DNA of 64,000 bases from a bacterium (lineage in GTDB: Bacteria; UBA8248), in NCBI GenBank assembly GCA_965199855.1, contig OZ241326.1, forward strand, positions 1,056,001 through 1,120,000. The letters are read 5' to 3'. Position 1 is the first letter of the stretch. Each line of letters opens with the position of its first letter. Below the pieces are notes generated by a model that was given only the letters and a program-made list of their open reading frames with translations, ran no database searches and was not told where the DNA came from. A program made the translations under genes and the position numbers. Positions 11,128-17,172 of this stretch are shown in pieces.

Positions 11128-11304
11128 TCATGTCGGTGAGTCGGTGAGTCGGTGAGTCGGTGAGTCGGTGAGTCGGTGAGTCGGTGAGTCGGTGAGTCGG
11201 TGAGTCGGTGAGTCGGTGAGTCGGTGAGTCGGTGAGTCGGTGAGTCGGTGAGTCGGTGAGTCGGACGCAGTATGCCGCAGGCTCGCGGCGAAGGCAAACA
11301 GCAT
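11128..11304 (-). CDS. Putative 58-aa leader ORF (MLFAFAASLRHTASDSPTHRL...) spanning the repeat
   Basis: GAGGAGGA lies 6 nt before ATG 11304; at the present copy number the frame ends at TGA 11130-11128. Confidence 0.55.
   Translation of the reverse strand: MLFAFAASLRHTASDSPTHRLTDSPTHRLTDSPTHRLTDSPTHRLTDSPTHRLTDSPT
11132..11264 (-). repeat. Simple sequence repeat (TCACCGAC)x16 plus 5 nt, in the autotransporter 5' region
   Basis: GTCGGTGA repeated perfectly 16 times (11132-11259) plus GTCGG. Confidence 0.99.
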
Positions 11305-11346
11305 CGCGGTTCCTCCTCGCGGAAAAGCGGATGATTTTTCATCATC

Positions 11347-11376
11347 ATTATATTTCGGAGAAGGATAGAGAAGCAA
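11347..11376 (-). promoter_or_regulatory. Sigma70-like promoter for the autotransporter
   Basis: TTGCTT-N18-TATAAT on the minus strand, about 30 nt upstream of the leader RBS. Confidence 0.6.
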
Positions 11377-11431
11377 GACGCGATTGCCGGGGGGAGGATT
11401 CGCCCCGCCGCGCCATTCGGCGGGGTTTTCC

Positions 11432-12064
11432 GTAGGGGACGCATTCATGCGTCCCGCCCGCATTCAAGGGGCGTTCGCGTCGGAGGCGGCGGGTCGTTCC
11501 CGAACGACCCCTACGGGGATGGTCGCGCCCCGGCGGGATGCGGATGCGGCGCGGACAACAACGGGGGATTGTCCCTACGATCCGCCCCGCGTTATCGCCG
11601 GGCCCGCAACGGGGCGCAAGAATGCGCCCCCTACGGGGGAGGCGGCAATGGTTTCGTAGGGGCGATTCGTGAACCGCCCGTTTTGAAGGGAAGACAATCG
11701 AAACCCTGGATTCCGGCCTTCGCCGGAATGACGGGTTTTGCGGCGGCGCGCGGCGGAGGGGAAATCCTCGTTGCCGTCTCGATGTTGTTCCCTGTCAGAT
11801 CGAAGGGACGCCGGGGTTGGTCTTTCGCCGTCATTCCGGCGAAGGCCGGAATCCAGAACCGGGGCGCGCGGCGGCAAACGGGCGTTCCCGGCCAATCCAT
11901 GCGCGGGATTCATGTTTTCGTAGGGGGCGCCCCACAATTCGGGAACCGCCCGTATTCCAAAGACATTCGCATCGGAGGCGGCGGGTCGTTCCCGAACGAC
12001 CCCTACGGGGATGGTCGCCCATGGAGGGTAATGGGCCGTAGGGACAACCCCCTGTGGTTGTCCC
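11432..12064. repeat. Right mosaic of REP-like palindromes
   Basis: Same families as the left mosaic; 11701-11733 equals 7210-7242; 11608-11637 equals 7311-7340; inverted copy at 11829-11856; 53-bp direct repeat 11474-11526/11966-12018 with 1 mismatch. Confidence 0.9.
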
Positions 12065-12124
12065 CGCATTCCCGGCGGCTCCGAGGGGCCGGCTCCCCGG
12101 TTCATCCCCCGCGCGGGCGCCGCG

Positions 12125-12673
12125 TCAATAGCGGCGGAAGGGACGCCAGAGGCGGTCCGCCGGGCCGCGCGGGTCGAAGCGGTCTATCGGGTCGCGCGGG
12201 TCGAACTCGTCCCCCCAGACGCCGCGCCGGTAGGTCTTGGCGAGGTTCTCCGCCTCTATCAGCTCCTCTCGGTAGCGCACGTTGGGGTGCTTGACGAGGG
12301 CGCGGCCCATCCCCCGGAACACCACGAGCGCGTTCACGAGCGCGCCGTCCTTGAGGAAGACGTAGTATTGCGTCTGTCCGTGGTCGTCGATCGGCTTCCT
12401 GTCGATTTCGAGGGCGACTTCGCGGTTCTCGATGAGGCGTCTGAGGAAGGCGCGCGCCTGCGCCCAGCCGGGCACGCCGGGGCGGGGGGCGGCCACGCCG
12501 ATGAGCGAGGAGCGCAGGCCGCCGCCGAGCTGGAAGGTCGCCCCGTCATAGACCTTCGTGACGCGCGCGGCGAGGCGCCTCTCAAGGCGCGCCTCCCCCC
12601 CGGAGAGGGCGGGCGGATGCGCGAGGGCGGCGAGGGCGAGCGCGCAGAGGAGCCGGGCGGTTTTCTTCGTCAT
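12125..12673 (-). CDS. Secreted thermonuclease (SNase-like) family protein with degenerate active site
   Basis: Signal peptide; RVTKVYDGAT, ARAFLRRLIENREVALE, LVNALVVFRGMG, EAENLAKTYRRGVWG. Confidence 0.75.
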   Translation of the reverse strand: MTKKTARLLCALALAALAHPPALSGGEARLERRLAARVTKVYDGATFQLGGGLRSSLIGVAAPRPGVPGWAQARAFLRRLIENREVALEIDRKPIDDHGQTQYYVFLKDGALVNALVVFRGMGRALVKHPNVRYREELIEAENLAKTYRRGVWGDEFDPRDPIDRFDPRGPADRLWRPFRRY

Positions 12674-12858
12674 GGCGTCGCGCACCCCGCGTCCTTTTCG
12701 GGTTTCTCCCGGCCCGCGCGGCGCTCCCGCGCGGAGAAGCGCCAGGAGGAGAGGGGCATTGTATGCGGATTCCGCGCCGTTTTTCCACCCGGCGGGGGAG
12801 GGGGGCGCCCGCGCCGATTGCGGGGCCGACGGTTTCCAGCAGGGGCGGCGACGGTTTC

Positions 12859-12882
12859 GTAGGGGCGGCTCGCGAGCCGCCC
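12859..12882 (+). repeat. Solitary GTAG-type REP-like palindrome
   Basis: GTAGGGGCGGCTCGCGAGCCGCCC, same family as the copies at 7424 and 11656. Confidence 0.7.
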
Positions 12883-12927
12883 GCTGCCGCTGGCGGCGCG
12901 GGATTGCGCCCGCGTCCATATCGACGA

Positions 12928-13149
12928 CTAGGGCGCGGGAGCGTTCAGCAGCTTCGCCTTGTATTGCGTTTTTCTGAAGCGCTTCCAGGATCTTGCGCAC
13001 AGACAGCTGGGGTGGATATCCCACCAGTCAGAGGGGAGATGCTTCAGGTTTCTCCGGCCTCTTATCTTGACGGGATACTCCTCCTCCCTCCACGCCTGAA
13101 CCCAGCGCTTTTCGTTGGTCGTCCGAATGCGCTCTCGAAAATATCTCAT
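12928..13149 (-). CDS. Small basic Trp/Arg-rich hypothetical protein
   Basis: GGAGG RBS; lower GC than neighbours; RTTNEKR..KIRGRRN..LPSDWWD..RSWKRFRKTQYK. Confidence 0.6.
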   Translation of the reverse strand: MRYFRERIRTTNEKRWVQAWREEEYPVKIRGRRNLKHLPSDWWDIHPSCLCARSWKRFRKTQYKAKLLNAPAP

Positions 13150-13387
13150 GGGCGTCATCCCTCCGGGGGCCGCATCGCCGACGGGCTTCATCGACGAGGG
13201 GCGCGGCCGCCGCGCCGCCCGAAATATAGCCGTCCGTCCGCGTTTCGGTCAAGAAAAAACGAAGCGCGAGGCGGCTCCCGGGCAAGATCTCCGCGCGCGA
13301 GCCGCGCTCTCGTTGCGGCGCGCGCCCGCTTGCCCCTACAATGCCGCCTCCGGTCATGGAGAGCGGGGGTTCGGGAGGAGCGGGTTC

Positions 13388-14380
13388 GTGGCGAAGATAG
13401 CGGCGCTGCGGGAGGGCGAGCGCTTCGACGCCTTCTTCCGGGTCAGGGAGCGCGAGGCGCGCCTGAGCAGGGCGGGCCGGGAGTATCTCGACCTGGTTCT
13501 GGAGGACGCGACGGGCGAGATTCCCGCCAAGGTGTGGGAGCCGGCCGAGCAGGCGGAGGGGCCCGTCGAGGCGGGCGACTTCATCAAGGCGCGGGCGGTG
13601 GCGGAGAACTACCGGGGCCGCCGCCAGCTGCGGGTGGAGCGCATCCGCCGGGTGAACGACGCGGATTACGAAGGCGGCTTCCGACCCGAGGACTGCGCGC
13701 CGCGCACCCCCTACGACATCGACGTGATGTGGGAGGAGATGCGGCGCGTCGCCGCCGCCCGCCACCCGCTCGTGGCCGCCTATCTGGGCGCGATACTCGA
13801 CGCCTACGAGGAGAAGTTCCGCGCGTGGCCCGCCTCCCAGCGCATTCACCACCCCTATCTGGGCGGCCTGCTCGAGCACACCCTCTCGGTGACGAAGACC
13901 TGCCTCTACTTCGCGGACAAATACGAGGTCTCGAAGGACCTCCTCGTCGCGGGCGCGCTCCTGCACGACGTCGGGAAGCTGGAGGAGCTCTCCGCCGAGG
14001 GCGCCACGCGCTACACGACGAAGGGAAGGCTCGTCGGCCACGTGGCGATGGGGCGCGACGTCGTCCGCGAGTGGGCGCGGCGCGAGGGCGTCTTCCCCGA
14101 GGGGGAGGGGCTGCCCGAGGATTTTCTGCTGCACCTGGAGCACCTCGTCCTCTCGCACCAGGGGCAGGTCGAGTGGGGGGCGGCGAAGGTTCCCATGTCG
14201 GCGGAGGCGCTCCTGCTCCACTACGCCGACGACGTGGACGCCAAGTTCAACCTGCTCAGGCGCGCGGTGGCGGCGGGCGACGGGGATGAGGAGTTCACGA
14301 GCGTGAACCGCACCATGGGGCGCGCCTTCTACAAGGGCGGCCCGCCCCTGCCGCCGCGCGAGGCGGAGGATTCCCCCTGA
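13388..14380 (+). CDS. yhaM: OB-fold plus HD-domain 3'-5' exoribonuclease, YhaM/Cbf1 family
   Basis: YLDLVLEDATGEIPAKVWE, HHPYLGGLLEHT, LLHDVGK, GRLVGH, LSHQG. Confidence 0.85.
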   Translation: MAKIAALREGERFDAFFRVREREARLSRAGREYLDLVLEDATGEIPAKVWEPAEQAEGPVEAGDFIKARAVAENYRGRRQLRVERIRRVNDADYEGGFRPEDCAPRTPYDIDVMWEEMRRVAAARHPLVAAYLGAILDAYEEKFRAWPASQRIHHPYLGGLLEHTLSVTKTCLYFADKYEVSKDLLVAGALLHDVGKLEELSAEGATRYTTKGRLVGHVAMGRDVVREWARREGVFPEGEGLPEDFLLHLEHLVLSHQGQVEWGAAKVPMSAEALLLHYADDVDAKFNLLRRAVAAGDGDEEFTSVNRTMGRAFYKGGPPLPPREAEDSP

Positions 14381-14419
14381 CGCGCCGCCGGCGGGGGGAT
14401 GAGCGGGGGAGGGGAGGCC

Positions 14420-15331
14420 ATGGCCGGGCTCGAGGCGATTCTGAACGAGCGGACGAAGCGCGTCGTGATGCTCGCGGCGGATCACGGCTACTTCCAGGGG
14501 CCGACCTCGGGGCTCGAGGAGCCCCGCAAGACCCTGGCGCCCCTGCTTCCCCTCTGCGACGCCGTGAGCCCCTCGAAGGGCGTTTTTCTGCGCTGCTTCC
14601 CGCCCGACGGCGCGGCGCCGGTGATTCTCCGCGCCTCGGGCGGAAACGCGGTCGTCTATTCCGACCCGGTGGAGCTCGAGCGCGAGCTGGCGATTCGGGG
14701 GGCGGGCGTTGAGGACGCGGCGGGGCGCGAGGCGTTGCGCGAGCGCATCGCCGATGAAATCGCGAACCGCGAGCTCTCGAACGAGGGGCTGACCCTCTCG
14801 GCGGCCGAGGCCAGGCGGCTGGGGGCGGCGGGCGTTTCCGTCTCGATCTACGCGGGCGCGCGCTATCAGAGGGAATCCATCCTGAACCTGGCGCGCATGA
14901 GCGAGGAGGGGCGCAGGGAGGGCCTGCTCGTCCTGGGCATTACGGCGGTGGGGCGGGAGATGACGCGCGACGCGCGCTATCTGGGGCTGGCCTCGCGCAT
15001 CGCGGCGGAGCACGGGGCAGACCTCGTGAAGACCTACTTCTGCGAGGGCTTCGAGGAGGTGGCGCGCGGGTGCTTCGTCCCCATCGTCATCGCCGGCGGA
15101 AAGAAGATTCCCGAGCGGGAGGCGCTCGCCTTCTGCCGCCGCGCCGTCGACGCGGGGGCGATCGGCGTGGACATGGGCCGCAACATCTTCCAGAGCGCGC
15201 GCCCCGCCGCCATGATGCGGGCGGTGCGCGGCGTCGTGCACGAGGACATGACGCCCGACGCGGCCTTCGAGATGTTCGAGGACCTGGGCGCGGATTCCGC
15301 CGAGCGGGACGCGCGCGGAAGAGGGGAGTGA
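14420..15331 (+). CDS. lsrF: LsrF-like class I aldolase/thiolase (DhnA family)
   Basis: DHGYFQGPTSGLE, VILRASG, RIAAEHGADLVKTY, VPIVIAGGKK, GVDMGRNIFQ. Confidence 0.85.
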   Translation: MAGLEAILNERTKRVVMLAADHGYFQGPTSGLEEPRKTLAPLLPLCDAVSPSKGVFLRCFPPDGAAPVILRASGGNAVVYSDPVELERELAIRGAGVEDAAGREALRERIADEIANRELSNEGLTLSAAEARRLGAAGVSVSIYAGARYQRESILNLARMSEEGRREGLLVLGITAVGREMTRDARYLGLASRIAAEHGADLVKTYFCEGFEEVARGCFVPIVIAGGKKIPEREALAFCRRAVDAGAIGVDMGRNIFQSARPAAMMRAVRGVVHEDMTPDAAFEMFEDLGADSAERDARGRGE

Positions 15332-16365
15332 TGGCCGCGCCGGCGACCATGCGGGCGGCGGTCTATTACCGAAACGACGACGTGCGCGTCGAGGAGATGC
15401 CGAAGCCCCGCGCGGGGGCGGGCGAGCTGCTGGTGGAGACGCGGCTGAGCGGCGTCTGCGGAAGCGACGTGATGGAGTGGTATCGGCTCGAAAGCGCCCC
15501 GCGCGTGCTGGGCCACGAGGTCGTGGGCGTGATCGCCGAGGCGGGGGCGGGAGTCGCGGATTTTCGCCCCGGGGATCGCGTCTTCGTCACCCATCACGTC
15601 CCCTGCGGCGCCTGCGCCCTCTGCCTGCGCGGGGAGCACACCGCCTGCGAGACGCTCAGGCGGACGAATTTCGACCCCGGCGGCTTCGCCGAGTTCATCC
15701 GCGCGCCCGCCCTCAACGTCGAGCGCGGGACGCTCCGCCTGCCCGATGACGTCTCCGATGAGGCGGGCGTGTTCATCGAGCCGCTCGGCTGCGTCCTGCG
15801 CGGCTGGCGGCGTCTGCGGACGTCGCCGGGCCTCTCCGTTCTCGTGGTGGGAAGCGGGGCGTCGGGGCTGCTCTTCGTCCAGGCGGCGCGCGCCCTGGGC
15901 GCGGGGCCCGTCTTCGCGGCGGACGTTCAGCCCCGGCGTCTGGAGGCCGCGGAGAGGTTCGGCGCGCGCGCGCTTCCTCCCGGCGAGGACGCGGCGGAGG
16001 CGCTTCGGGAGGCGAACGGGGGGCGTCTGGCGGATCGCGTCGTCCTGTGCGCGGGCGCGCCTGCCGCGCTCGAAGCCGCGCTCGCCTGCGTCGCCCCCTG
16101 CGGCGTCCTCCTGCTTTTCGCCCCCGCTCCGCCGGATCATCGCCCTCCGGCGGACTGGAACCGAATCTGGCGCGAGCAGATATCCGTCACGACCACCTAC
16201 GGCGCGGCCCCGCTCGATTTGCATGAGGCTCTGGCGCTGCTTCGCGCGCGGCGCGTCAGGCCGGAAGGCATGATCACCCACCGGCTTCCGCTCGCGCGCG
16301 CCCAGGAGGGCTTTCGCCTCGTCGCCGAGGCGGGGGAGTCGCTCAAGGTGGTGCTTCAGCCGTAG
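15331..16365 (+). CDS. Zinc-dependent alcohol/polyol dehydrogenase
   Basis: GVCGSD, GHE, CGACALC..C, EPLGC, GSGASG; coupled to the lsrF-like gene. Confidence 0.9.
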   Translation: MAAPATMRAAVYYRNDDVRVEEMPKPRAGAGELLVETRLSGVCGSDVMEWYRLESAPRVLGHEVVGVIAEAGAGVADFRPGDRVFVTHHVPCGACALCLRGEHTACETLRRTNFDPGGFAEFIRAPALNVERGTLRLPDDVSDEAGVFIEPLGCVLRGWRRLRTSPGLSVLVVGSGASGLLFVQAARALGAGPVFAADVQPRRLEAAERFGARALPPGEDAAEALREANGGRLADRVVLCAGAPAALEAALACVAPCGVLLLFAPAPPDHRPPADWNRIWREQISVTTTYGAAPLDLHEALALLRARRVRPEGMITHRLPLARAQEGFRLVAEAGESLKVVLQP

Positions 16366-16495
16366 GAGGCGGCCGCGCCGGGCGGCGCGGAGCAATCGAA
16401 TCTTGCCGTCGGGCGCGAAAGCGGCTAATATCCTCGCGTGAAGTCGAGCGGCGGCCGATACGATCCGGGTTCGCGTTTGCGGAGAGGGGGAGGCG

Positions 16496-16714
16496 ATGAG
16501 GACGCGGAAGCGGCGGGACGGCATTGAAAAGAAAAACGGCGCGAAGGATCTCGCGGACGCGCGCGGCGGGGATTTCTTCTCCGACGTTCTCGACATGTAT
16601 GCCCCGCCAGAATTCATCCGGCTTCGGAAGACGAGCGTTGGCCGCGCCGGCTTCGAGCGCGACAAGGCGGCGATAAGGAGCTACTTCAGAATGGCCAGGG
16701 AAAAAGCCGGGTGA
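16496..16714 (+). CDS. Small hypothetical protein, partner of the DUF2335 gene
   Basis: GGAGG RBS; stop overlaps the next start (GTGA). Confidence 0.5.
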   Translation: MRTRKRRDGIEKKNGAKDLADARGGDFFSDVLDMYAPPEFIRLRKTSVGRAGFERDKAAIRSYFRMAREKAG

Positions 16715-17147
16715 GCGAATCGGAAGAAGAAAGGCCCGACGGCCCGCCCGCGCAAAGCGGAGCGGCCACGCCTGAAAAAGAAGTCAGAAAAATCCTCTCG
16801 AAACTTCCACGAGACACACCTCCCGACGTCATCGAGGCGATAGCGCAACTGGACTATTCGGGGCCTTTGCCTTTGCCCGCGATGATGCGTGAATACGAAA
16901 GCGTGAAGCCCGGTCTGGCCGACCGGATTATGAGGTTGGCCGAGAATGAACAGCAAATCCGCAAGCGTGACAATGGGCGCATTCTCTTCAATGACGGAGT
17001 GCGGATCTGGGGAAGCGTCTTTGTTTCGCTCTGCCTCATCGCCGCCGGAGTTTTTTGGGCGTTATCGGCGAACCATGGCTCGGGGGCGTATTGGGCACAT
17101 CGGGTGCGGTTGCGGGCATTGTAAGGGCTCTTCTCAAGCGCGGTTGA
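16711..17147 (+). pseudogene. DUF2335-family membrane protein with an apparent frameshift in a T6 run at 17051-17056
   Basis: YSGPLP..MREYE.VKPGLADRIMRLAENEQ; adding one T restores GVIGEPWLGGVLGTSGAVAGIVRALLKRG* ending at 17147. Confidence 0.65.
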
Positions 17148-17172
17148 ACCGCGTTTCTGAGACCTGCGCGCC

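Noticed and set aside
11132-11264. CRISPR array or real THRLTDSP protein repeat domain
   Set aside because: It is a perfect 8-bp tandem repeat with no spacers; the peptide repeat is only a consequence of the DNA repeat
7210-12064. REP mosaics as CRISPR arrays or integron attC sites
   Set aside because: Several different palindromes, mixed orientation, irregular spacing; no cas or intI gene and no attC RYYYAAC/GTTRRRY ends noticed
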